A DNA stretch of 64,000 bases from Roseitalea sp. (GTDB lineage Bacteria > Pseudomonadota > Alphaproteobacteria > Rhizobiales > Rhizobiaceae). The stretch spans positions 45,423 through 109,422 of the forward strand of contig JBGSWL010000140.1 of the NCBI GenBank assembly GCA_041752455.1, in the 5' to 3' direction. Positions 38,022-47,870 of this stretch are shown piece by piece. Position numbers and translations under genes: made by a program. The notes under the pieces were generated by a model that saw only the letters and a program-made list of their open reading frames with translations, was not told the DNA's origin and searched no databases. Every line of letters begins with the position of its first letter. The stretch's first letter is position 1.

Positions 38022-38059
38022 TATCAATATCAAGATGCCGCGACGTTTGGGAGGACACC

Positions 38060-39088
38060 ATGGCAGAGACGCTCGGAACGCTGGAAGAGCTTCCGCAGGA
38101 TTACCGCGATGCGATGACCGCCGCCGGTGTTGCGCCGCTCTGGCCGATGATGCGCAATGTCCTGCCGCATGGTGCGCCGAACCCCGTCACCCGCCCGACC
38201 CATTGGGCCTATGACAGCGTTCGCCCGCTTCTGATGCGCGCCGGTGAACTGACGCCGGTGGAAAAGGCCGAGCGGCGGGTTCTTGTCCTCTCCGATTCTG
38301 GCCGTGGTGCGGGTGCGATGCAGGCAACCGCGTCGATCTATCTCGGGATGCAATTGTTGCTCCCGGGCGAAACCGCGCCCGCCCATGTGCACACGCCGTC
38401 GGCGGTGCGGATCATCGTCGAAGGACAGGGCGGGTACACGGTCGTCGACGGCGAAAAGCTGCCAATGGAAGAGGGCGATCTCGTGCTGACGCCCGGCGGC
38501 GAATGGCATGACCATGGCCATGAGGGCACCGATCCGGTGATCTGGCTCGATGCGCTCGACCTGCCACTGTTCGTTTTCCTGGAGGGCTCCTACGCAAAGG
38601 AAGGCCCGCTGCAGGCGCAGCGCAACCGTCCCGATGCCAGCGCGGTCGAGTATCTTTCTGCAGGGCTTGCGCCATCGCGCTCGGTCTCGCGGGCCCGCCG
38701 CTACCCGATGATGCGCTACCCTTGGAGCCGCACCCGCTCAGCGCTTGATGCCATGGCGGCGCATGGCGAGACGCCGGAACTCGACTTCGTCAATCCGGAA
38801 ACGGGCACCGATGTGTTGCCGACGATGGGCTTCACCGCCATGCGGATCGATGCCGGCGCGACGATCTCGCCACCACTTCGTTCGGTTTCCTCCGCCTTTC
38901 ATGTGGTTGCAGGCAGGGGCCGCAGCCGGATCAATGGCGAGACGGTGGAATGGTCGGCCAAGAGCACATTCACCGCGCCGGTGTTTGCCGCCATCGACCA
39001 TGTGGCCGACGAGACGGCCTACCTGATCCGCATTCATGACCGGCCGCTGCAGGACAAGCTCGGCTACTACGAGGAGCGCGCCCGATGA
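38060..39088 (+). CDS. Gentisate 1,2-dioxygenase
   Basis: Bicupin with the His motif region (APAHVHTPSAVRIIVEG...EWHDHGHEG), about 342 aa. Confidence 0.85.
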   Translation: MAETLGTLEELPQDYRDAMTAAGVAPLWPMMRNVLPHGAPNPVTRPTHWAYDSVRPLLMRAGELTPVEKAERRVLVLSDSGRGAGAMQATASIYLGMQLLLPGETAPAHVHTPSAVRIIVEGQGGYTVVDGEKLPMEEGDLVLTPGGEWHDHGHEGTDPVIWLDALDLPLFVFLEGSYAKEGPLQAQRNRPDASAVEYLSAGLAPSRSVSRARRYPMMRYPWSRTRSALDAMAAHGETPELDFVNPETGTDVLPTMGFTAMRIDAGATISPPLRSVSSAFHVVAGRGRSRINGETVEWSAKSTFTAPVFAAIDHVADETAYLIRIHDRPLQDKLGYYEERAR

Positions 39089-39780
39089 GCCTGCTGTTTC
39101 CCGCTCCCGAATTGCCGCTGCTGCCGATTGTCGGCACCGACAGTTTTTACCCGGTCGCGCGCGTCTTTTGCGTCGGTCGCAACTATGTGGCGCATGCCGC
39201 CGAGATGGGGGCGGAAGTTGATCGTGAAGCGCCCTGGTATTTCACCAAGTCGGCCTTTGCCGTCTGCCAGAGCGGACGGACGGTCGCCTATCCGCCGGGC
39301 ACCGCAAACTATCATCACGAGATGGAACTGGTGATCGCCATCGGCGCTCCGGCGTTCAGGATTGCCAAGGAAGACGCGTCTTCGGCTATCTACGGCTATG
39401 CCTGCGGCCTCGACATGACGCGGCGTGACCGGCAGCAGGACGGCAAGGACAATCGCCGTCCGTGGGATCTTGGCAAGGATGTCGAGGATTCCGCGGTCAT
39501 CGCGGCGATCACGCCGCTGGCTGAAGCGGGTGAACTTGGCGCCAAGCGCATCGCGCTCACCGTCAATGGCGAAACCCGGCAGGATGCAACGCTGTCCGAC
39601 ATGGTCTGGAGCGTTGCGGAAATCGTCGCGCACCTGTCGAACTATTATCATCTGGCGCCAGGCGACCTGATCATGACCGGCACACCGGCGGGTGTCGGAC
39701 CGGTTGTTTCAGGAGATGTGATCCACGGGACGATCGACGGCCTTGCGCCTGTGCATCTGACGATCGGGCCGGCCGAATGA
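39085..39780 (+). CDS. Fumarylpyruvate hydrolase (FAH family)
   Basis: FAH-family motifs (CVGRNYVAHAAEMG, HHEMELV) in a gentisate-pathway context. Confidence 0.8.
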   Translation: MSLLFPAPELPLLPIVGTDSFYPVARVFCVGRNYVAHAAEMGAEVDREAPWYFTKSAFAVCQSGRTVAYPPGTANYHHEMELVIAIGAPAFRIAKEDASSAIYGYACGLDMTRRDRQQDGKDNRRPWDLGKDVEDSAVIAAITPLAEAGELGAKRIALTVNGETRQDATLSDMVWSVAEIVAHLSNYYHLAPGDLIMTGTPAGVGPVVSGDVIHGTIDGLAPVHLTIGPAE

Positions 39781-40424
39781 TCACCGTGCACGGCTATTTC
39801 CGATCGTCGTCATCGTACCGGCTGCGGATCGCGCTCAACCTGAAGGGTTTGGACAGCACGTTGGTGCCGGTGCATCTGGTGCGCGACGGCGGTCAGCAAA
39901 AGACGGATGCTTACAAGGCGCTCAACCCGCAAATGCTGGTGCCGACGCTCGAAGTCGACGGTGCCGTGCTGACGCAATCGCCAGCGATTCTTGAATGGCT
40001 GGAAGAGACCCATCCCGAACCGGCGCTGCTGCCCGCCGACCCTTTGGCGCGGGCAGGGGTGCGTGCGTTCTGTGCGGCCATCGCCTGCGACATCCATCCG
40101 CTGCAGAACCTTCGCGTCCTTGGCTATTTACGTGCCGAATACGGGCAAGACCAGGCGGGCGTTGAGCGCTGGTGCCAGCGCTGGATCGGCGACGGCCTTG
40201 CGGCGTGCGAGGCCCTGCTGGAGCGGCGCACCGAAGCGACGCCCTTCGCCTTCAGTGACCAACCGGGCATGGCCGACCTCTACCTCGTGCCGCAGGTGTT
40301 CTCCGCGCGGCGCTTTGGCGTCGACATGGACCGCTTTCCGCTGTTGTCGGCTATCGATGCCCGGTGCGCGACGCTGGACGAATTTTCGCGCGCGCACCCG
40401 TCGCGCCAGCCGGACGCCGAATGA
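39777..40424 (+). CDS. maiA: Maleylpyruvate/maleylacetoacetate isomerase (GST zeta class)
   Basis: GST zeta N-terminus (FRSSSSYRLRIALNLKG...NPQMLVPTL). Confidence 0.8.
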   Translation: MITVHGYFRSSSSYRLRIALNLKGLDSTLVPVHLVRDGGQQKTDAYKALNPQMLVPTLEVDGAVLTQSPAILEWLEETHPEPALLPADPLARAGVRAFCAAIACDIHPLQNLRVLGYLRAEYGQDQAGVERWCQRWIGDGLAACEALLERRTEATPFAFSDQPGMADLYLVPQVFSARRFGVDMDRFPLLSAIDARCATLDEFSRAHPSRQPDAE

Positions 40425-40434
40425 GGAGTTTGCC

Positions 40435-41631
40435 GTGACCGAACGTATACTCATTGCCGGCGGCGGAATTGGCGGGCTTGCCGCCGCCATCGGTCTTGCC
40501 AACAAGGGCATCGCTTCGCTGGTTCTGGAAAAGGCCGCAGAACTTGGCGAGATCGGCGCCGGTATCCAGCTTGGCCCGAACGCGTTCCATGCCTTCGATT
40601 ATCTCGGCGTCGGCGATGCTGCCCGCCAGATGGCGGTCTATATCGACAGCCTGCGTCTGATGGATGCCATCGGCGGCGAAGAGATCACCCGCATACCGCT
40701 GGACGAGCGGTTTCGCGCGCGGTTCGGCAATCCCTATGCCGTCGTGCACCGGGGCCACATGCACGGCGTCTTTCTGGAGGCCTGCCGTGCCCATCCGATG
40801 GTCGAATTGCGCACCAGCGCCGCGGTCATCGGTTACGATCAGGATGGCGCATCGGTCACGGCAATGCTGGACACCGGCGAACGCGTTACGGGTCGGGCGT
40901 TGATCGGTGCCGACGGCCTCTGGTCGAAAATCCGCCAGCAACTGGTCGGCGACGGTGCGCCACGCGTTTCCGGCCATACGACCTACCGCTCGGTCATCCC
41001 GACCGAGGAAATGCCCGAGGATCTGCGCTGGAATGCGGCAACACTCTGGGCCGGGCCGAAGTGCCATATCGTGCACTATCCGCTGGCCGGCGGGAACCTT
41101 TTCAATCTTGTCGTCACCTACCACAACGATGCGCCCGAACCGGTTGCTGGCAAGCCGGTGTCGCATGACGAAGTGCGACGCGGGTTCGAACATGTGCATC
41201 CGGTGGCCCGCCAGGTGATTGAGAAGGGGCGCGACTGGAAGCTGTGGGTGCTGTGTGACCGCGATCCGGTCACCAACTGGGTCGATGGCCGTGTGGCGCT
41301 GCTCGGCGATGCGGCCCATCCTATGCTGCAATATTTTGCGCAAGGCGCCTGCATGGCGATGGAGGATGCGGTGTGCTTGTCAGCAGAACTGGACGGTGCC
41401 GACGACATCGGTGCCGCGCTTGGCCGCTACCGCGACCGGCGGATGCTGCGGACAGCGCGCGTGCAGTTGCAATCACGAGCCATCGGCGAGCATGTCTACC
41501 ACCCGGCCGGCGCCCATGCACTGCTGCGCAACCGGATCATGGGCAGCAAGACGCCGGACGAGTGGTATGAGCAGATCGCCTGGCTCTACGGTTCGACGGG
41601 GCTGGAAGGGCGTGTCGGAGGCAATGTCTGA
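40435..41631 (+). CDS. 3-hydroxybenzoate 6-monooxygenase (FAD-dependent)
   Basis: GTG start after a GAGGAG SD. Has ILIAGGGIGGLAAA and GDAAHPMLQYFAQGACMAMED motifs. The ORF from 39991 is an artefactual extension across maiA. Confidence 0.8.
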   Translation: MTERILIAGGGIGGLAAAIGLANKGIASLVLEKAAELGEIGAGIQLGPNAFHAFDYLGVGDAARQMAVYIDSLRLMDAIGGEEITRIPLDERFRARFGNPYAVVHRGHMHGVFLEACRAHPMVELRTSAAVIGYDQDGASVTAMLDTGERVTGRALIGADGLWSKIRQQLVGDGAPRVSGHTTYRSVIPTEEMPEDLRWNAATLWAGPKCHIVHYPLAGGNLFNLVVTYHNDAPEPVAGKPVSHDEVRRGFEHVHPVARQVIEKGRDWKLWVLCDRDPVTNWVDGRVALLGDAAHPMLQYFAQGACMAMEDAVCLSAELDGADDIGAALGRYRDRRMLRTARVQLQSRAIGEHVYHPAGAHALLRNRIMGSKTPDEWYEQIAWLYGSTGLEGRVGGNV

Positions 41632-41753
41632 TGCCAGCCAGATTATGCATCGGCTGCGAAATGTAATTTGACATAATCATTCCGGATGGATTCGATAGCG
41701 TACGTGCGGAAGGGCCGAAACGAAAATCTCTATTGCAGTTTCATGCACAAGAT

Positions 41754-41765
41754 GCACTATAGTGC
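41754..41765. promoter_or_regulatory. Perfect 12-bp palindrome GCACTATAGTGC overlapping a TATAGT -10-like hexamer upstream of the TRAP genes
   Basis: Preceded by the direct repeat ATGCAC-N3-ATGCAC, 26 nt before the dctP-like ATG. Confidence 0.35.
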
Positions 41766-41790
41766 TAAACCGGTTACCAGGGAGGAAACC

Positions 41791-42837
41791 ATGACGACAC
41801 GCAGAAAACTGATGAGCCTTGTCGGCGGGATGGCGCTTGCGACCATGACTGCAGGCCTGACCGCCACCACCGCTCTTGCCCAGGAAGTGACGCTGAAGCT
41901 GCACCAGTTCCTGCCGGCGCAGGCCAACGTGCCCAAGCTGGTGCTCGATGTCTGGGCTGACAATGTCGAGAAGGATTCCGGCGGCCGCATCAAGGTCGAA
42001 CGCTATCCGTCGATGCAGCTTGGCGGTACCCCGCCGGAACTGATCGACCAGGCAATCGACGGCATCGCCGACGTCGTCTGGACCGTCGTCGGCTACACCC
42101 CCGGCCGTTTCCCGCGCACGGAAGTGTTCGAGCTGCCGTTCATGACCTCGGATGCCGATGCGGCGAGCCGGGCCTATTGGACGATGTTCGAAAAGCACAT
42201 GAAGGACACCGATTTCAAGGATGTCCACATTGTCGGCACCTGGGTGCACGGCCCGGGCATGTTCCACTCCAAGACGCCGATCAACAAGCCGGAAGATCTT
42301 GCCGGCCTGAAGATCCGTGGCGGCTCGCGCATGGTCAACCAGCTGCTTGAAAAGCTCGGTGCAACGCCCGTCGGCATGCCGGTTCCGGCCGTGACCGAAG
42401 CGCTCTCGAAAGGTGTGCTCGATGCAACGACCATTCCGTGGGAAGTGACGACGGCGCTGAAAGTGCCGGAACTGGTCAAGAACCATACCGAATTCACTGG
42501 CGCGGCGCTCTACAACATCACCTTCGTGCTCGCCATGAACAAGGCGCGCTATGAAGGCCTGCCGGATGACCTGAAGGCCGTGATTGACAAGAACTCGGGT
42601 ATCGAGTTTTCGGCCTTTGCCGGCTCGACGCAGGCCGGTGCCGATGGCCCGGCACGTCAGGCTGCGGTCGATCTCGGCAATTCCATCGTCACCCTCGACG
42701 AAGCAGAGACCGCCAAGTGGCGCGAAATTGCCCAGCCGATCTATGACGCCTGGGTTGCCGACATGACCTCGAAGGGTATCGACGGCCAGGCGCTGATCGA
42801 CGAAGCCCGCGAACTGATGGCTTCGTTCAAGAAGTAA
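41791..42837 (+). CDS. TRAP transporter substrate-binding protein (DctP family)
   Basis: Signal peptide and DctP-family sequence, followed by Q and M components. Confidence 0.85.
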   Translation: MTTRRKLMSLVGGMALATMTAGLTATTALAQEVTLKLHQFLPAQANVPKLVLDVWADNVEKDSGGRIKVERYPSMQLGGTPPELIDQAIDGIADVVWTVVGYTPGRFPRTEVFELPFMTSDADAASRAYWTMFEKHMKDTDFKDVHIVGTWVHGPGMFHSKTPINKPEDLAGLKIRGGSRMVNQLLEKLGATPVGMPVPAVTEALSKGVLDATTIPWEVTTALKVPELVKNHTEFTGAALYNITFVLAMNKARYEGLPDDLKAVIDKNSGIEFSAFAGSTQAGADGPARQAAVDLGNSIVTLDEAETAKWREIAQPIYDAWVADMTSKGIDGQALIDEARELMASFKK

Positions 42838-42909
42838 GTGCTACTGTTGCCGGGGCGGCGGTTTTTTGCCGCCGCTCCGGTGAACAGGCAGTTTGCCCCG
42901 GGGGCCACG

Positions 42910-43434
42910 ATGTACCAATTCTTTCATGGACTGTCGCGGCTGATGGCTGCGATCGGTGGCCTCGTCTTGACGGGCCTTATCATCATGGTCTGCTATTCCA
43001 TTGTGGGGCGCGCGCTGATCCAGTTCGGACTGGCGCCGGTGCATGGCGACTATGAACTCGTCGAGGCCGGGATCGCCTTTGCGATCTTCAGCTTTTTGCC
43101 TCTGTGCCAGATCACGTCTGGCCATGCGAGCGTCGATCTGTTCACCGACATGATGCCGGACCGGGTGCAGCGGATTCTGCGAATGCTGATCGAAATCCTG
43201 TTTGCTGCCGTCCTGATCATGATCGCGGTGCAGCTCTACTACGGCATGGAAAGCAAGATCCGCTCCGGCCAGACGACTTTCCTGCTGCAGTTTCCGATCT
43301 GGTGGGCCTATGCGGCCAGCCTTGTCAGCGCAACAGTGGCTGCCGTGGTTGCCATCTACATGGCATTTATCCGGACCACCGAAGCGTTTACCGGGCGGAC
43401 ACTGATCGCTGACGACCAAGGGGCTGAGCATTGA
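42910..43434 (+). CDS. TRAP transporter small permease (DctQ family)
   Basis: About 174 aa with four TM helices; start at the internal ATG (MYQFFHGL). Confidence 0.8.
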   Translation: MYQFFHGLSRLMAAIGGLVLTGLIIMVCYSIVGRALIQFGLAPVHGDYELVEAGIAFAIFSFLPLCQITSGHASVDLFTDMMPDRVQRILRMLIEILFAAVLIMIAVQLYYGMESKIRSGQTTFLLQFPIWWAYAASLVSATVAAVVAIYMAFIRTTEAFTGRTLIADDQGAEH

Positions 43435-44744
43435 GCAATCTTGAAATCGGGATCTGGTCGTTTCCCGTCCTGCTGTTGATGATTTTTTTGCGGGTACCGA
43501 TCGGCCTTGCCATGTTCGCCGCCGGATTTGCCGGTCTCTGGCTGGTCAACGGTTCTGCGGCGATTGCGCTGGCGCGCATGAAGACGGAAACCTTCACGAC
43601 TTTTTCCAACTACTCGTTGTCGATCGTGCCGATGTTCCTGCTGATGGGATACTTTGCGACGCTCGGCGGCATGAGCCAGGCGCTGTTCAAGGCTGCTGCG
43701 GCATGGCTCGGACATCGCAAGGGCGGTGTTGCCATGGCGGCCATCGGCGCATGCGCCGGGTTTGGCGCGATCTGCGGTTCGTCGCTGGCAACCGCGGCAA
43801 CCATGGGCCGCGTCGCCTTGCCGGAACTCAAGGCCTACGGATATGCCGGCGGACTATCCACGGCAACACTGGCTGCCGGCGGCACGCTCGGCATCCTCAT
43901 TCCGCCGTCAGTCGTGCTTGTGATCTATGCGATCCTCACCGAGCAAAACATCGCCAAGCTGTTTCTGGCCGCCTTCATTCCAGGCATCATTGCGGCGATC
44001 GGCTACATCATCACGATCCGCATCTATGTGGCGATCAATCCCGGTTCTGCCGGCACCCGTGAGCGCGTCGCCTATGGCGACCGGTTTCGCGCCCTGTTTG
44101 CCGTCTGGCCGGTTCTGGTCGTGTTCATCGCCGTCGTCGGCGGTATCTATGGCGGCATCTTCACGCCAACCGAAGGGGCAGCGGTCGGCGCCTTCGGCAC
44201 AGGCCTGATTGCGCTTTTGAACGGCGGCCTGAACCGGAAAACGCTGGTTGCCAGCTTCATGTCGACCGGCCGCTCGACCGCGATGATCTTCTTCATCGTC
44301 CTCGGCGCTGCCTTCTACAACGGGTTCCTTGCATTGACGCAGGTGCCGCAGGAAATCTCCAATTATGTCGTCAGCCAAGGCTTTTCGCCGACATTGGTTC
44401 TGGTGCTGATCCTCGTCTTCTATTTGATCCTCGGCTGCTTCATGGATTCGCTGTCGATGATCCTCCTGACGATCCCGATCTTTTATCCCGTGATTTCCGG
44501 CCTCGATTTCGGCCTTTCACCAGAGCACACGGCGATCTGGTTCGGCATCCTGGTGCTGATCGTTGTGGAGGTAGGGCTGATCACGCCGCCGGTCGGGATG
44601 AACCTTTTCATCATCAATGCGATGGAGCGATCGACGCCAATCACGCAGACCTATGCGGCGGTGATGTATTTCGTGGCGTCGGACCTGTTGCGCGTGGCGT
44701 TGCTGATCGCGTTTCCGTCCATCACGCTGTTCCTGCTGTCCTGA
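43431..44744 (+). CDS. TRAP transporter large permease (DctM family)
   Basis: 437 aa polytopic protein with typical DctM sequence; it overlaps the Q stop. Confidence 0.9.
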   Translation: MSNLEIGIWSFPVLLLMIFLRVPIGLAMFAAGFAGLWLVNGSAAIALARMKTETFTTFSNYSLSIVPMFLLMGYFATLGGMSQALFKAAAAWLGHRKGGVAMAAIGACAGFGAICGSSLATAATMGRVALPELKAYGYAGGLSTATLAAGGTLGILIPPSVVLVIYAILTEQNIAKLFLAAFIPGIIAAIGYIITIRIYVAINPGSAGTRERVAYGDRFRALFAVWPVLVVFIAVVGGIYGGIFTPTEGAAVGAFGTGLIALLNGGLNRKTLVASFMSTGRSTAMIFFIVLGAAFYNGFLALTQVPQEISNYVVSQGFSPTLVLVLILVFYLILGCFMDSLSMILLTIPIFYPVISGLDFGLSPEHTAIWFGILVLIVVEVGLITPPVGMNLFIINAMERSTPITQTYAAVMYFVASDLLRVALLIAFPSITLFLLS

Positions 44745-44775
44745 CTTGCCGACAATTCCCGGCCTTGACGATGAA

Positions 44776-44790
44776 ATGGATATGATCCAT
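44776..44790. promoter_or_regulatory. Inverted repeat ATGGAT-N3-ATCCAT upstream of the enoyl-CoA hydratase/MarR/ligase cluster
   Basis: Perfect 6-bp arms next to TTGACG (44765-44770). Candidate operator for the MarR protein at 45621. Confidence 0.3.
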
Positions 44791-44851
44791 CATCGTTATG
44801 GCAGGTCACCAAATTGTCGCGTGCGTGCCCTGCCGCGCTGAGGAGAGCTTC

Positions 44852-45613
44852 TTGTCCTTCGTCGACGTCACCATCGATGGCCCGGTCGCCACCTTGACCA
44901 TGAACCGGCCCGACAAGCGCAATGCGGTTTCCGATGCGCTGATTGCGGAGATCGGTGCGTTCTTCGACCGGCCGCCGTCGGGCATCAAGGTTGCAATCCT
45001 CACCGGCACCGCCGGACATTTCTGCTCTGGTCTCGACTTGGCTGAGCATGTGGCGCGCAATGCCGAAGAAGGCATCCATCATTCGCGCGGCTGGCACCGC
45101 ATCCTTGACCAGATCCAATATGGCGGCTTGCCGGTCGTCTCGGCGATGTTCGGTGCGGTGATCGGCGGCGGGCTGGAAATTGCGGCGTCCACCCATGTGC
45201 GCATCGCCGAGCCGTCGACAATCTTCCAACTGCCCGAAGGCCGCCGCGGCATCTTCGTCGGCGGTGGTGCGACGGTGCGCATCGGGCGCATTCTCGGGCC
45301 GGACCGGATGGTCGAGATGATGCTCACCGGGCGAAAATACGATGCGGCCGAAGGACATCGGTTGGGCCTTGCGCATTATCTGGTCGGCGAGGGCGAAGCA
45401 CTCGCTCTGGCGACGAAGCTTGCGCACCAGATTGCCGGCAATGCGCCGCTTTCCAACTATTTCATGATCCAGGCGATTGCCCGCATCAACGACATGTCGC
45501 GCGCCGATGGCCTTTTCACCGAGAGCCTGTGCGCTGCGCTCGCCCAATCCAGCCCCGATGCCGAGGAAGGCCTGAAAGCGTTCCTTGAAAAGCGCGCGCC
45601 GCAGTTCCGGTGA
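44852..45613 (+). CDS. Enoyl-CoA hydratase/isomerase (crotonase) family protein
   Basis: Crotonase fold (LTMNRPDKRNA...FCSGLDL...GGGLE). TTG 44852 is preceded by AGGAGA; ATG 44798 is an alternative. Confidence 0.8.
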   Translation: MSFVDVTIDGPVATLTMNRPDKRNAVSDALIAEIGAFFDRPPSGIKVAILTGTAGHFCSGLDLAEHVARNAEEGIHHSRGWHRILDQIQYGGLPVVSAMFGAVIGGGLEIAASTHVRIAEPSTIFQLPEGRRGIFVGGGATVRIGRILGPDRMVEMMLTGRKYDAAEGHRLGLAHYLVGEGEALALATKLAHQIAGNAPLSNYFMIQAIARINDMSRADGLFTESLCAALAQSSPDAEEGLKAFLEKRAPQFR

Positions 45614-45620
45614 GGTACTC

Positions 45621-46088
45621 ATGATCCCGGCTGACACCACGCTTCGCCAGTTCTCCGGATACGCCATGAAGCGGGCGTTCAATGCGATCCAGGCCGATGT
45701 GAACGCGACGCTGGAGCCGTTCGGCCTTCGCATGGTGACGTTTTCGGCGATTGTTGTGATCGTGGACAATCCGGGGCTGCGCCAATCGCAACTGGCCGAG
45801 ATCCTTGCGATCGAGCGGCCCAATCTGGTGCTGATCATCGACGATCTGGAGAACCGCAAATTGATCACCCGCGAGCGCGCGCCCGATGACCGAAGGGCCC
45901 ATGCGCTGAACGTGACGCTGAAGGGCCGCCGCTTGCACGACAAGGCGCTCAAAGCGGTCAAGGACCACGAGGCACGCATGACGGCCGGGCTTTCGCTGGA
46001 GGAGCGCGAAGCCCTGATTGCCGCACTGTTTGCCATTGAACGCAACGGGAGGAGCGTTGACGATGCAGGACAGGTATCGGCCTCATAG
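45621..46088 (+). CDS. MarR family transcriptional regulator (CouR/FerR-like by context)
   Basis: MarR wHTH (RQSQLAEILAIERPNLVLIIDDLE...RAPDDRRAHAL). It sits between the hydratase and the CoA ligase. Confidence 0.8.
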   Translation: MIPADTTLRQFSGYAMKRAFNAIQADVNATLEPFGLRMVTFSAIVVIVDNPGLRQSQLAEILAIERPNLVLIIDDLENRKLITRERAPDDRRAHALNVTLKGRRLHDKALKAVKDHEARMTAGLSLEEREALIAALFAIERNGRSVDDAGQVSAS

Positions 46089-47853
46089 GACGGTTCGCGA
46101 AGACCGCCCTAACGGCAGCATTCTTCTGACCTCGGGCTACCCGATGCGCGATTTTGCCCGCTGTACCGGCGAGTGGCTGCACCACTTTGCCGACGTGACA
46201 CCCGACGCCGTGTTCATCGCCGAGCGGTCGGGCGCCGGTTGGCGGGAAGTCACCTACCGCGAAGCCTTGCAGATGGCCCGCGCCATTGGCGCTGCGCTTC
46301 TGGACCGGGGCATGGGTGCGCACACGCCGATCCTCGTCATATCCGGCAACGGGGTCGATCACGGGCTTCTGACACTTGGCGCGCAGTATGTCGGCGTGCC
46401 GACGGTTCCGATTGCCGAGCAATATGCGCTGATCGAAGCGGCGCACGGCCAGATCGACTTCATTGCAAAGCTGATCCGCCCCGCCATGGTCTATGCGGTT
46501 GACGGCGTCCGCTATGGCAAGGCGCTGGCGCTGGAAAGCCTTGCCGGCCTTGAGCACGTCGCCAGCGCCAACGTGCCGGCAAACGCGACAGCTTTTTCAT
46601 CGCTTCTGGCAGGCGCATCGCCGGTGGATGACGCGTTTGCGGCGATCGGGCCGGACACCGTCGCGAAAATCCTGATGACATCGGGTTCGACCTCGCACCC
46701 CAAGGGCGTGGAGACCACGCACCGGATGATGTGCGCCAACCAGGCGCAGTTGCAGGATGCGCTGCCGTTCCTGACCGCGCGGCCACCGCGCATCGTCGAC
46801 TGGCTGCCATGGAACCACGTGTTCGGCGGCTCGCACAACTTCAACCTGATGCTGGCCAATGGCGGCGCGCTTTATATCGATGCGGGCAAGCCGGTGCAGC
46901 CGCTGATCGCCACGACGCTGGAAAACCTCAACATGCTTGCGGGCACGATCGCCTTCAACGTGCCGGTCGGCTTTGCCATGCTACGCGATGCCATGCGCGA
47001 GGATGGCGATCTGCGCCGGCGCTATTTCGAGGAACTCGACATGCTGTTCTACGCGGGGGCCTCGCTGCCGCAGGATGTCTGGGCCGATCTTGAGGACATG
47101 GGACGCGAGGTGCGGGGCGACATGCCGCTGTTCACGTCGTCCTGGGGGCTGACGGAGACCGCGCCCGCCTGCCTGATCCAGCACGAGCCGACGACGATGT
47201 CCGGTATTGTCGGCGTGCCGGTGACCGGCGTCACGGTCAAGTTGATCCCCGATGCGGAGATGCGCTGCGAAGTGCGCGTCAAAGGGCCGAGCATTTTCAC
47301 CGGCTACTACCAGGACGCGGAGAAGACGGCGGAAGCCTTTGACGAGGAAGGCTTCTTCAAGACCGGCGATGCGATGAAGTTTGTTGACCCTGACAATGCG
47401 AACATGGGGATGCGCTTTGACGGGCGCATTTCCGAAGATTTCAAGCTGACCAGCGGCACATGGGTGCGCGCGGCCAATTTGCGGCTCGATTTTCTGACAT
47501 GCCTTGCGGGCCTTGCACAAGACGTGATCCTGACCGGTGCCGACCGCGACCAGATCGGCCTGTTGGTGGTGCCGTCGCCGGCTGTGCGTGCCCGCGGCGA
47601 TGTGACGGATGACAATGGCGCCATGGTCAGCCAATCGGCGTCGGCCGAGATCGCGGCTCGGATCGGCGAACTGCCTGTGCATGGTTCGTCGACGCGCATC
47701 CGCCGGGTTATGCTCCTGACGGAACTGCCTTCGATCGCCGACGGCGAGATCACGGCCAAGGGCAATCTCAACTTCCGCAAGCTGCTGACACGTCGCGCCG
47801 CGCTGCTCGAACGCCTTTATGACGACACCGACCGCGCTACCTTTGTGCTCTGA
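46063..47853 (+). CDS. AMP-dependent acyl-CoA synthetase, feruloyl/hydroxycinnamoyl-CoA synthase-like
   Basis: AMP-binding motif (MTSGSTSHPKGV), about 596 aa. The N-terminus resembles the long Pseudomonas-type Fcs family. Substrate is inferred from context only. Confidence 0.7.
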   Translation: MQDRYRPHRTVREDRPNGSILLTSGYPMRDFARCTGEWLHHFADVTPDAVFIAERSGAGWREVTYREALQMARAIGAALLDRGMGAHTPILVISGNGVDHGLLTLGAQYVGVPTVPIAEQYALIEAAHGQIDFIAKLIRPAMVYAVDGVRYGKALALESLAGLEHVASANVPANATAFSSLLAGASPVDDAFAAIGPDTVAKILMTSGSTSHPKGVETTHRMMCANQAQLQDALPFLTARPPRIVDWLPWNHVFGGSHNFNLMLANGGALYIDAGKPVQPLIATTLENLNMLAGTIAFNVPVGFAMLRDAMREDGDLRRRYFEELDMLFYAGASLPQDVWADLEDMGREVRGDMPLFTSSWGLTETAPACLIQHEPTTMSGIVGVPVTGVTVKLIPDAEMRCEVRVKGPSIFTGYYQDAEKTAEAFDEEGFFKTGDAMKFVDPDNANMGMRFDGRISEDFKLTSGTWVRAANLRLDFLTCLAGLAQDVILTGADRDQIGLLVVPSPAVRARGDVTDDNGAMVSQSASAEIAARIGELPVHGSSTRIRRVMLLTELPSIADGEITAKGNLNFRKLLTRRAALLERLYDDTDRATFVL

Positions 47854-47870
47854 AACCGGAAGAGGCGGCC

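Noticed and set aside
44651-46045. Long minus-strand ORFs over the aromatic clusters: 44651..46045, 48581..50215, 53907..55121, 55251..56705, 58230..59642, 59116..60384 and 60481..61530.
   Set aside because: All are mirror frames of confidently identified plus-strand genes (crotonase/MarR, ACAD, boxC, boxB, boxR, the FadB-like gene). None has recognisable motifs.
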